A stretch of DNA of 64,000 nucleotides, from the NCBI GenBank assembly GCA_002633005.1, contig NMRA01000142.1:62001-126000 (forward strand), given 5' to 3'. Source of the DNA: Phoronis australis (lineage: Eukaryota > Animalia > Phoronida). Under the pieces are notes generated by a model. The model searched no databases. It saw only the letters and a list, made by a program, of their open reading frames with translations, and was not told where the DNA came from. Shown here piece by piece: positions 11,003 to 22,827 of this stretch (positions are counted from its first letter, which is position 1; every line of letters begins with the position of its first letter). Position numbers and translations under genes: made by a program.

Positions 11003-14000
11003 TAATTATTCGTTGAGAATTTGTTTTGACCAGAATAACCAATAAATGCCATAACCATGTTCATTATTTCAGTAGCTAACGTTTATAAAATGAATTTGCA
11101 GTGCCTAATTACCGGTAACTTAATTATAACCAAAACGTCGTTTTAATTTTGTAAATGGGGTTTCAGTGCATCGAGTCAAAGCAGGTCAGAATTAACAAAT
11201 GTCGTGTACTTATTTTGTTTTTTACAATAATTTATTTTTCAAAATAATAACAATAGAACTGCAAGGGAAATATATGTCCAAAACAAAACATCAAGTTAAC
11301 ACACGCACCCACTCACACGCTCACAACAACTTATAAAGTCACGTTTGTTGCAGATAAGCAACAAGAGTTTCTCAAAAAAGCAGTTTACCGGGCATTTACA
11401 TTTCTTAGCGTATGATAAATACAGTATAAAAGAAGTACTTATGTTATGTATAACTTGGGATCGTTAGTGGTCTCCAAAGCATTTATAAGTAATATATTGA
11501 CAAATACTTGATATGAAATTAGTAGACTCAAAGTTACATCCAAAATGTGCCATCAACAGTTTTATTTAAGATCAAATCGTGTTGTGCAGTTGAGGAGACT
11601 AATAAGAGTTTCTGAATGTCGTGCCACGAGATCCCCACGAAGTCACGTTGTACATACATATCATTAAAGGTTACAACATTTCCACGAGATTAAAAACCGT
11701 GTCCTCAATAACTTAACCCACGGAAAACTAGGTCGCAAGCTCGTCGCATAGATATCGGTAGAAATGCGTTTTCATTGTTCACTCTTTTTTTCTCTCTTAT
11801 AATAAAGATAATGGAAAGCATTTATCGGTAACCGGTTGGTGTACGCCCAAGATACGATATCCGTGCGACCTGTATTGTTATATCCAACAAAGACGCAAAA
11901 AAGGAAAACAACGGTAGCGTCCCATAGGCGATAACCATGCGGCGCGCTTGCGCCCGTGGCATGGATCTCCCAAATTTAACAATAGCTTGCGACCTCCATA
12001 CGACATCATTTGGCATGGCTAATCTCATCATTTTCAAAACGTTTTTTGTATAAATCTTTCTATGAATATAATAATATTTGAAATTTCTAACATCGGTAAC
12101 AAGAGTGTGTGTGGAAGAACTTAAATTTGACTTTGTTCTCTAGGGTAAATATCAACTAAGCTGCATTCTATACGCGGAACCGAAGTTGTTTTGGAAATCA
12201 AAACATTTCTAGAAAACAGTAGGAATTATATTTGACTGGAACGAATTTACGGACTTTGACCTGAAAGTTTCGTGGACAAAGCAGAATAATTTACTTAGTT
12301 TGAATGATGATATCTTTCTGTCAACACCTCCAAGGTCTGTAAATTGTTTTGAAAATCCAAAAGGTCCTTCACAAAAATGATACCTGCCTCACAGAAACTG
12401 TTAAAGAATACAGTCGTGCAATCAATGAAAATTAATATTTTTGCTTTCCACATTATTTAATTTTCAATTGTTATGTTACTATGTACGCAATCTAGATGTC
12501 ATGGTAAAAGAAATCAAAACTTGCAAAAGCCAACATCTTACAATCTACTTTGGTTTGAAAATCAGACTATTGTCATATCTTTTGAAGACGTAGATTGGAA
12601 ACAGTTTAAAACTCCATTGTTTCTATCCAAAAAACGGGTAACACACTTTCCTGCATTACTCGGTGTACATAATATTTTCATGGGGGGACAGAAGTCGAGG
12701 AGGTTTCTTAATAACACGACCCGATAGATAGTGTGAAATGTTGCTATCTAGACCTTCTAGCTCTCTCCCTCTCCCTCTCTTTCTGACTCATGATTATTTT
12801 TACTTGTGTGTCCTCACTGGGAGGATAATTTGAAATGGCGGAGGAGTTTAAAATCTCCTCCAATTGTCGCCAATCTAGTATATCTGAGTTAAAACAGGGC
12901 TAAAGGTGGTCCACGTGGATTGTAATCAAGGGTCCCAATCTCTCANTAATTATTCGTTGAGAATTTGTTTTGGCCAGAATAACAAATAAATGTCATAACC
13001 ATGTTCATTATTTCAGTAGCTAACGTTTATAAAATGAATTTGCAGTGCCTAATTACCGGTAACTTAATTATCACTAGAACGTCGTTTTAATTTTGTAAAT
13101 GGGGTTTCAGTGCATCGAGTCAAAGCAGGTCAGAATTAACAAATGTCGTGTTTTTTACAATAACTTATTTTTTCAAAATAATAACAATAGAACTGCAAGG
13201 GAAATATATGTCCAAAACAAAACATCAAGTTTACACACGCACCCACTCACACGCTCACAACAACTTTTAAAGTCACGTTGTTGCAGATAAGCAATAAGAG
13301 TTTCTCAAAAAGCAGTTTACTGGGCATTAACATTTCTTGGCGTATGATAAATACAGTATAAAAGAAGTACTTATGTTATGTATAACTAGGGATCGTTAGT
13401 GGTCTCCAAAGCATTTATAAGTAATATATTGACAAATACTTGATATGAAATTAGTAGACTCAAAGTTACATCCAAAATGTGCCATCAACAGTTTTATTTA
13501 AGATCAAATCGTGTTGTGCAGTTGAGGAGACTAGTAAGAGTTTCTGAATGTCGTGCCACGAGATCCTCACGAAGTCACGTTGTACATACATATCATTAAA
13601 GGTTACAACATTTCCACGAGATAAAACCGTGTCCTCAATAACTTAACCCACGGAAAACTAGGTCGCAAGCTCGTCGCATAGATATCGGTAGAAATGCGTT
13701 TTCATTGTTCACTTTGTTTTTCTCTCTTATAATAAAGATAATGGAAAGCATTCATCGGTAACCCGTTGGTGTACGCCCAAGATACGATATCCGTGCGACC
13801 TGTATTGTTATATCCAACAAAGACGCAACAAAGGAAAACAACGGTAGCGTCCCATAGGCGATAACCATGCGGCGCGCTTGCGCCCGTGGCATGGATCTCG
13901 CAAATTTAACAATAGCTTGCGACCTCCATACGACGTCATTTGGCATGGCTAATCTCATCATTTTCAAAACGTTTTTTGTATAAATCTTTCTATGAATATA

Positions 14001-14875
14001 ATAATATTTGAAATTTCTAACATCGGTAACAAGAGTGTGTGTGGAAGAACTTAAATTTGACTTTGTTCTCTAGGGTAAATATCAACTAAGCTGCATTCTA
14101 TACGCGGAACCGAAATTGTTTTGGAAATCAAAACATTTCTAGAAAACAGTAGGAATTATATTTGACTGGAAAGAATTTACGGACTTTGACCTGAAAGTTT
14201 CGTGGTCAAAGCAGAATAATTTACTTAGTTTGAATGATGACATCTTTCTGTCAACACCTCCATAGTCTGTAAATTGTTTTGAAAATCCAAAAGGTCCTTC
14301 ACAAAAATGATACCTGCCTCACAGAAACTGTTAAAGAATACAGTCGTGCCATCAATCAAAATTAATATTTTTGCTTTCCACATTATTTAATTTTCAATTG
14401 TTATGTTACTATGTACACAATCTAGATGTCATGGTAAAAGAAATCAAAACTTGCAAAAGCCAACATCTTACAATCTACTTTGGTTTGAAAATCAGACTAT
14501 TGTCATATCTTTTGAAGACGTAGATTGGAAACAGTTTAAAACTCCATTGTTTCTATCCAAAAAACGGGTAACACACTTTCCTGCATTACTCGGTGTACAT
14601 AATATTTTCATGGGGGGACAGAAGTCGAGGAGGTTTCTTAATAACACGACCCGATAGATAGTGTGAAATGTTGCTATCTAGACCTTCTAGCTCTCTCCCT
14701 CTCCCTCTCTTTCTGACTCATGATTATTTTTACTTGTGTGTCCTCACTGGGAGGATAATTTGAAATGGCGGAGGAGTTTAAAATCTCCTCCAATTGTCGC
14801 CAATCTAGTATATCTGAGTTAAAACAGGGCTAAAGGTGGTCCACGTGGATTGTAATCAAGGGTCCCAATCTCTCA
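11003..14875. repeat. ~1.93-kb direct duplication split by a single N (likely allelic haplotype overlap)
   Basis: 11003-12945 and 12947-14875 are near identical (scattered SNPs, small indels); the junction is exactly the N at 12946. Confidence 0.9.
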
Positions 14876-16029
14876 GCTTGAGCTTTCTGCAAAGATTCGG
14901 TTAATCTTTTTAATTACGAGATAGGGTCCTCTCCCACACAACACTAGAATTCACTGTAATTAAAACTTCGCTACTCTGCCGTTTTTCAACCGAATTGCGT
15001 AAGAGCCATATCATTAGAGAGCCTTTTGTCACTTCTGATCATTATAACACAAGTAGAGTATAAATAATTTAATCTATAAGTAATTATCAGTTCGCGTACC
15101 TGGCTGGTTTAAAAGTACTTTTTAATTATAAAAACCAAAAATATTAGCAAAAATTAATAATTTCAATGAACTGCCAAATTCCCTGGAAAGCGACATATTG
15201 AAGTCACGTGATTAATTCGCCATTACACTCACGTTAGATAAACACGTGTCAACACAGATAAACAAGCCGTCTCAGCTGGTGTGCCTCCTTGTGTTTTTTA
15301 TTTGGTAGCAATATACGAAGACTTTGAAAAGTTTTAAAGATACTGAGTACCATTATTCCAGTGTCAAGCACAAAATCGGTGGATAACTACTTGATTCTCT
15401 GTGCCGGGGCTTGTGAACCTACGTGCTGAACTGATCAGAGATCAACATTTGAAAGGCGTGGACTCACAGAGTCTTTGTATTGCCCATTCCACGTGATAGC
15501 ATGTACTGTTTTCTGAGGGTAAAGTTGGTATACAGTTTGAGAAATTGCAATTCACACCAAAGGTTATATGAAGAGAAGGATGCATGTATCATTATACATG
15601 TTAAGATGATAAGCTTGGAAAAATTTCCAAAAGTACTTCAAGCAGTGGAATCAGTAAATGCTTTACCAAAGTCACTATTAACCTCAACTTCGTTCACCAG
15701 ACGTTCAAGAAACTTCTCAAAGTAAAATGCACGCAATTGTGAAACAGTTCGCTCAACATATTTTTCACTGTTTCACTGTATGGTATATCTACGATAATAA
15801 CGTCAATGTCAGGTCTGTACAAAACTAGTTTTGCTTTCTTAAATCCAGTAAAAACAGCATTTGCACAATATTCTCTCTGACCTTTGACTTTACGGGTAGC
15901 AGCATCGTTGTTTTATTTATCGTTTAGACCGGGATCCCAGAGCTTTTTTGGACATGAAAAGGTAACCAATTTTCTTTGGTGCCACAGTGCTCTGTGGATA
16001 TCCTGATGCTTGGAAATGGCCTCTGGCAG

Positions 16030-16670
16030 GTTCGCTCTGGTGGGTGTGGTCAGGGGAGCCAAGAGAATGACACTCAAAAATCGAGCTAGATCAACTTTTT
16101 TGCCAACCAATTCAAACTGCCTTGGATACCTACTACGTAATCCACTGAGGGTATCAAAATTGGTCACTGCCAGATAATTTCAGTGGTGGGGAGTATGAGC
16201 CAGACGGTTATAAACAAGGTAAAAAATTGTGCAAGATCAATCCAAGAGGTAGCCGCATGAAACCAATTTCAAAATATTCACCGTGAGCCCATGTATCACG
16301 AATGAACACTGCCAGACAAATGTAGTGGTGGATTAGCCCCGCCAGACTCGCCTAAATACCCGAGTTGAGCTAGATCAACCCACCAGGTAACCGTTTGAAA
16401 CCAATTGCACGACGTTCAGAATCATTGTACATGGCAAAATTGTTAGACGCCAGACAATTTCAGTGGTGGGGTGCTCCTGCCAGGGGCGATTATCAAAAAG
16501 GGTTAAAAATTGAGGTAGATCAACCCAAGAGGTAACCGCTTAAAACCAGTTAGTCAAAAATATTCACCGTAAGTCCATGTATCACGAATAAACACTGCCA
16601 GACAAATCTAGTGGTGGATTAGCCCCGCCAGACACGCCCAAATACCTGAGTCGAGCTAGATCAAACCAAA
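16030..16670. repeat. Degenerate satellite-like array of ~143-bp monomers with a ~285-bp higher-order period
   Basis: Motif gccagacaa...gtggtgg...(gc)tagatcaac recurs at ~16168, 16311, 16449 and 16597, with a weaker unit before; alternate monomers are much more similar to each other. Confidence 0.7.
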
Positions 16671-16689
16671 CGCAGGCACGTAGCCAGCA

Positions 16690-17340
16690 ATGAGCGGGGG
16701 TGGTTCGAATTTTAAGAACGGTGGACCTTTTGTATTTTTCAAACGTCGACACTGTAGAGTTTTCGGTGAGGCCTTTGACGCAGCTCAATTAGGGGGAAGG
16801 GAAATCTGTATATACAACGATGACTCTCAGCTCTATGTTGATGATATCAGACGGAATTTGCAATACCAGAAACGAGGTGGCGGTTGCTCGCAAAGAATGG
16901 GATGTAAGTTGAGATAAGTTCGGATTAGTTGGGTACAAATAAACACTCTGACATGTATGAGCGCATGGGTATCTAACCCGACCGCTTCAAATGCATTGAC
17001 GGACATCATCGTGCGACCTGATCCCCCGTCGAATAAGACATCAAATGCTTCGTCAAAAATATTTATAGGAAGAAAAAGACAGTTAACATTATTTACTTCG
17101 AAAGCGGCTGAATTTCCCGTCTCAGACGCAGTTTTTTGGGTTTGGGTTTTGCCCATTTGCTATTTGGGATCTCAACGTCCTTTATCCGTTGGACGGTTTT
17201 TAAAACGACAGTCGCCACTTACGTGTTCACTCTGGCCACATGAATGGCAAATTTGTGGTCTTTTCACATTCTCTGAACTCCCAGCTGATTTCTTAAGTCA
17301 TCGACTCCTCCGCAAAGTTCGTCATTTTGACGTGCAAATA
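16690..17340 (-). mobile_element. Degenerate LTR-retrotransposon gag-protease fragment
   Basis: CCHC zinc knuckle CHSCGQSEHVSGDC (17249-17208) in frame, through two stops, with ORF 16833-17156, which contains a retropepsin-like site VLFDGGSGRTMM. Confidence 0.7.
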
Positions 17341-18606
17341 AGCTAGAATCCGCCTTATTTGGCGCATTAACATAAAATATGCGTTCAAGGTGATAGGGTT
17401 TAAGGTTGCAGGACTGTGTGCTGTGTGCTTTCAAAAGCTTCAAACTCCACTGTGAGCACCAATAGCTACATCATTAGATGCCGGATGGTGAAATTAGACA
17501 AACTTTTGCAAGGATTTGTTCCCTAGGCAGCAATAAAACTGATCAATAACCAAAATTTCTCGGGAATTAGTCTCCAGTTCAAGATAGGCGTGTGTAGCCA
17601 GATGTCGAATAACGTAGGCCTAACTTATTTTTGTTTCGTGTCTGGGACTTGAAAGACACATTGATATGTGTAGTGATACTCTTTGGGGGGGGGGGGTTAA
17701 ATCTCTTAGAAAGCGTTTCTCCTCGATGATAATTGCCTACTTGGTGAGCAGTTAGTTCAGACAAAACTCGCACAGCGGCGGCCTTCAAGCAAGTAGAGAG
17801 TTGAATACTCATTTCATTTTCGGTTCACCCATTCCACCCTCTAATTATTTAAATAAATGTCCAATAAAGTCTACCAAGTCACATGTCTTTGCATCGAAAG
17901 AAGAAGGATGTTTTTCTTTCTTTTCTTTTCTTTTCTTTTTACCACTAGATTGTTTGGGTTATAATATGTGATTTTGCAGGCACTGGGCCGCCTTCAAATA
18001 GTACTTTATGTCTGTCGTACGAATTTGTACCCAACTCACGTGCAGGTCTCGCGGGTAGACTATTTTCGTGGTTGAACGAACTGTCAAGAAGCAGTCTACA
18101 GTCGTTTTTAAGGCCAGGAGTGGACTTTGATTCTAAGGTGACATTGATATTGCTGGCCTTTCACCTTGAAGGTTCTCCGCACAGATTTCGTCAACCCTGT
18201 GTGCAGTGAAAAACTTCGCTGCCATGGCCAGAAACGGGACATTCTCTACTCGAACTTGATCGGAGACTGCGAGAATAATTTCCGAATCGCCTTCAGCGAA
18301 TGAATTAGTTTATTAGTTCGTTTAGAACGTTAGGCCTACTGGTGGAGTACTTTCATTTAGAAAAAGAGCTAACTAGAAGAATGCAAAACGAGATCGTCTG
18401 AAAGTAGGCAAGGTCTATTAAGTCTTTAAAGTGTAAGTAATCTCACCGCCTGTCCATTTTCCTCAGGTATATGTGAAGGCCGTTCGGATTTGTAGACTGG
18501 AATTTTGATTTCAAACGACACGCAAATAGCGATGAATCGATGGAACCATGTAGGTCAATAGACAACTAATAAAAAGCGCGTGCAAGTGCGACGAATGCAA
18601 CTTTAA

Positions 18607-20239
18607 AAGGGGACTGTAGTCAAAATAATGTTGCACTTAATCGGTTCTAACATACAAATAAAACTCACATTTGCCTGACTTGTGTGCCAAACTAAAGCCA
18701 ATTCGAATTCATGGTCAAAACACTGAATTCTGAAAGCGATCGCTGATTGGCTGATGTGTCAGTGACGTGAACGGCGGGGTATCGGCTGTTTTACACATTC
18801 ATTGCTTATGTCATATTTGAAGAGTTTACATCGTAATTTATCATTGTATCAATCGTCCTTATTTTTTATTGTTTGCCACAGTGCTGTAAAAGGTTCGCTA
18901 TGCCTTTTTGTATGGCACCTGGTTGCTCAAACTCTTCGAAAAAGGCGTCTTCTAAAGGGATGGTCATCGCATACCATCGCCGGGTTACCCAAGCCTTGGC
19001 CCAAAGCTCAGTGTATACTAGATATAGGCCTACAGGTTTAAGCCGATATGGGTAAAAAATGTACAAATAAAATCTGACTCAAATAAATGTCATTAAAACT
19101 AAGTCATCCTTGAGTAAACCTAGGAACCAGGTTCCTAGAGTAAACTAACTTCTGTATTTACCGGTGTTGGAAATGTTAGCGATCGTTCATCGGCTGCTGC
19201 TAGTAAAATTGTGATGTGTTCTCGGCTTTTTGCGATTACGTCACCTGACCTTTACCAGTTTCTTTTCCCCCTGATTCTTTTATCAAGTGTTCGTCGCTGA
19301 CGGTACCTAGGTTGCGTACATGTTATAACAAATTATCGGAGCTTGTTTCATTTTGTTTCAAGTTTTTAGTATTTTTACATCAGCAAACCGAATTTTAGAA
19401 CAACCTTGGTGCTGCGAAGCTGTTATCATGTCCCGAAAGACGTCTCAAATTTTTATGAAATGGCGCGTGCGCCGTGTCACGAGCGTGCTGTTCTTGAAAC
19501 GGACGACACACTTCTTTGTTAAAAAGGCGGCAAATTATGCTACCAAATGACGTTTATTTGATTGTTTTCCATTTAAACGGCTGCAACGAACAATGGGAGT
19601 GTCGGGTGACTATACCAGATTTTGCATGCGCCCCCGCCGGTCCGTTAGCTTTATATGTTGATGTAGCCTAAGTTTTACGACGAGGTGACGAGCATAACTG
19701 AGTCAACTATACCCGGGTAGTCATTGGCTGTCTGAAATTTCGGGGTTAACGGAGCTCAACACACAGTGGTACGATAGTCTTCATACAGCTACAGTAGGTA
19801 ACTTACCAACCCTTCAAGTTTACAGAGCTGCCGGAATATTGGCTGACAGCTGGCTGACTGGATGGCTAGAGTCCACATTGCCCTCGGCACAGTCACTGAC
19901 ACCAGTTGCACCGGCAAATTTTCGTCTGACGATGACGATGACTCGGTATCACTTTGTGTTGCCTCGGCTCAAACAGGTATCCCTAGTGACCCGACATTTC
20001 ACACTAAAATTTCTTATTCCGACAATATGAAGAACGTTACTTGATTGCACGCTAACACAGGACAGTGACTTTGCCCCCGCCAAATACGTCACGAGACTAA
20101 GCAGCGCTCCAAGCCGGTAATTTTTTTAGCTTCTGTAGAGAATATAAGTTTAATTTTTGGTGTTGAATTATTTGTGAAATTAATCAACAATTCATAGAAA
20201 ACTATCCAGAAATTATTCAGAATAAATTACAGTTCCCTT
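18607..20239 (+). mobile_element. Deleted Kolobok-type DNA transposon with THAP-domain remnant
   Basis: ttaa|aaggggactgtagt ... attacagttccctt|ttaa (TIR plus TTAA TSD); at 18900 MPFCMAPGCSNSSKK...AYHR resembles a THAP zinc-finger N-terminus and follows a splice acceptor at ~18881. Confidence 0.7.
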
Positions 20240-22827
20240 TTAAAATCTATCCATGGATGGTATAGTACAGTCAGAGACCGTTAACGTCTTTGGTACAGTG
20301 GTGCTTGTGTCTTGATTTGTGTGGCCACCGGCGTCTGTTCGGCCTATATGGAGTTAAACCGTTGAGTAGGCCTACAGTGTATTTGTGAGGTAGGCCTAAG
20401 GAAAAGGCGAGTTCGGTAGGTTAGAAATATACACGCGTTTAGTAATTATCAGTGAAATACAAACAGTGATAACGATTTCGATTAACTATGGGCCTAAAGA
20501 CTATCAAATATAAATTAGATAGTATCTGTTCTAGTATTACTAGAACAGTTGCAAAACATCGGCCATTTTAAGAGATGAAAGTGGAGATGGTTTCAGACCA
20601 GCCCGACAATTCCGAGGGTACCTAAACTACAGGGCTAACGGACTGCAAAACAATCTGTTGGACGCAAAAACACGACTCACCTAGGCCTACCTGCAAACAC
20701 CGTTCACTGACTCGAATACACGGGATTGGACTCAAAAAGCACGATTCATTCACTCGGCCGCAAAACACGTTTTATGGATAAAATGTAGCAATCGGCTTGG
20801 AGTTGTGTAATGGGTGCGAGATTAAGTACAATTTTGATCAAATCTTTATTTGTAATTTGATGTAACTGTCGTGAATTAGAAACAATTAACATTATTTAAA
20901 TTTCTTATTTGTTCTACAATTCATTGCCGTCCAAAATCTTTTTGTAAAAGCCATTGACTGTGTGACCATGTGTTCAGCATGTTTTATCGAAGTGAACCGT
21001 GCTTAGAGGTCCGCGTGTCGTGTTTTTAAATGAATGTGAGATCGCGGCCGTGTTCTTTGGGTGAATGAGTCCAAAACACGGGTGACGTAGGGCCTAATAA
21101 AACACTCCTACAAGTTGAGTCCGGCGCGAAACAATAACTCTTCAAATCACATAGTGGGAGCGCCAGGCACAGATACTTGTACTTTTTAATTGTTCTTCGC
21201 TAATAAAGCAGCTACTTTCCCGTCCTCAATTATCTGGGCATTACTTCTTATCATTTTCCCGATTTTGTAATAATTGCAGGTCAGTTTTTCACCTTTTCAG
21301 TTTCTGAACAATTCCCTCATAAATTCTACCTTTATTTAGTTTTCTCAGTAGTTAAATTCAACTTTTCTTACCCAACATTTTCCAGTTTTTCTTTCATCTT
21401 CGAGTACCTCATGGTATGTTTCCTTATCTTCATTTTAATCAGTCTTCTTTGTATGTTTTGCTATTTAGAAAACTATGCTTTTCACTACAGGTATTTAATT
21501 ATTTTCATGTACGTTACGTTTTCTTTGTCTTCGAAATATCGGCGCGTGATCGACCACGTGCGCATGCTCGATGTAACTGCGCAAGCGAAATTTTGTTCCC
21601 AAACGAAACGGAACCAGATTAAGTACATGTAGCCGATGGAGACAACGTAAAGACCTTGATTTACTAATTGTTTATTTAGGCGCTCCAGTTCGCAGCTTTA
21701 TCCGCTGAGTCGGGCTCTCACTTGCACACTATGAGTAATATTTTTGTTGAAAAATGTCCAAGTTATCCATGCAAGCTCACGCGCGCACTGAATGACGCCT
21801 TTGAAATGAGCAGATGTGGCCATGATCCCTTGTGCCTCACCGTGGTTACGCCATGAAAGTCATACTTTCTGAAAAATTGGAGCACTTTAATAATAATTCA
21901 TAAAAACATTTTAGAGAGCATTGGATCGAAAACTTTTTATGAATCCGGTCAGCCATTTTTGAGATATAATGTTCTGAACCTTGCCAAATTTGGCCAATAT
22001 TATGTTATAATGAAGGGACAATTTTAATTTCAAAAATCCACCTTGATTTCGACTAACTGACTGAAAACTTTTAAGTTTTAGAACAAAGCATCGTCGGCTG
22101 CCAATTAGGGAGCAGGAGTCATCCAATAATCTTACTTCATCGATGAATAAAGACGAACTATTTCATTTCAATGACATTAAATCAGCGTCTTAATTTCAAT
22201 CCATTTCTATTACATTATTAGGACCGCGTGCCTGGCTATCTCTTGAGTTTGTTCAAATTTACAAATGCCTCCGTTATGAGGTTGATATGTTGAGATACGC
22301 TATCAATTGTTATCCAAACACTGTCGTCAAATTATCGTTATGTACAACTGAATTGATAAAGCCTCTACACGAGCACAAAACAACGCAGAAGCTTGATGAA
22401 GAGCGTTGCAGTTACCATCATGGTATGTGTTTTAATTTAGTACGTGTCTTATTAATAAGCACAGATAAATCTTAGATGATGTCAATGAAAGGGGGCGATA
22501 GCGGAATTTTTATTGTAAACTCGTAATGGCAGCGTCTTTTAAAGTCTTGTTGGTGTTTATTAAATAGTGTTTGGATCTGTTCTTGAAAACCATCGGGATT
22601 AGGATTACGTTGCCAAGAACACTTACACATGAGAATTATATTTGCAGTTCACGCGGGCTTCATTTCGTCACACTCAGGGGTTGTCAACTTCCACTTGCAG
22701 TCAGAGGATAGTAGCGTATAGGTAGAGCCTCGCAGAGATGAAGGACATCTAGAGAAGCAAACTGTCCTTATTGGGAACTTCGTATCAAGCTAGCAGAGCC
22801 GTGGTACAAAAGTGCAATAGTTTGGAA

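Noticed and set aside
11822-14657. Twin ORFs (71 aa and 84 aa) suggesting a duplicated gene pair
   Set aside because: They come from the N-joined duplicate; no motifs or splice support.
22771-22827. TTG-initiated N-terminal extension of the DUF229 ORF
   Set aside because: Eukaryotic gene; the first ATG at 22828 directly precedes the signal anchor.
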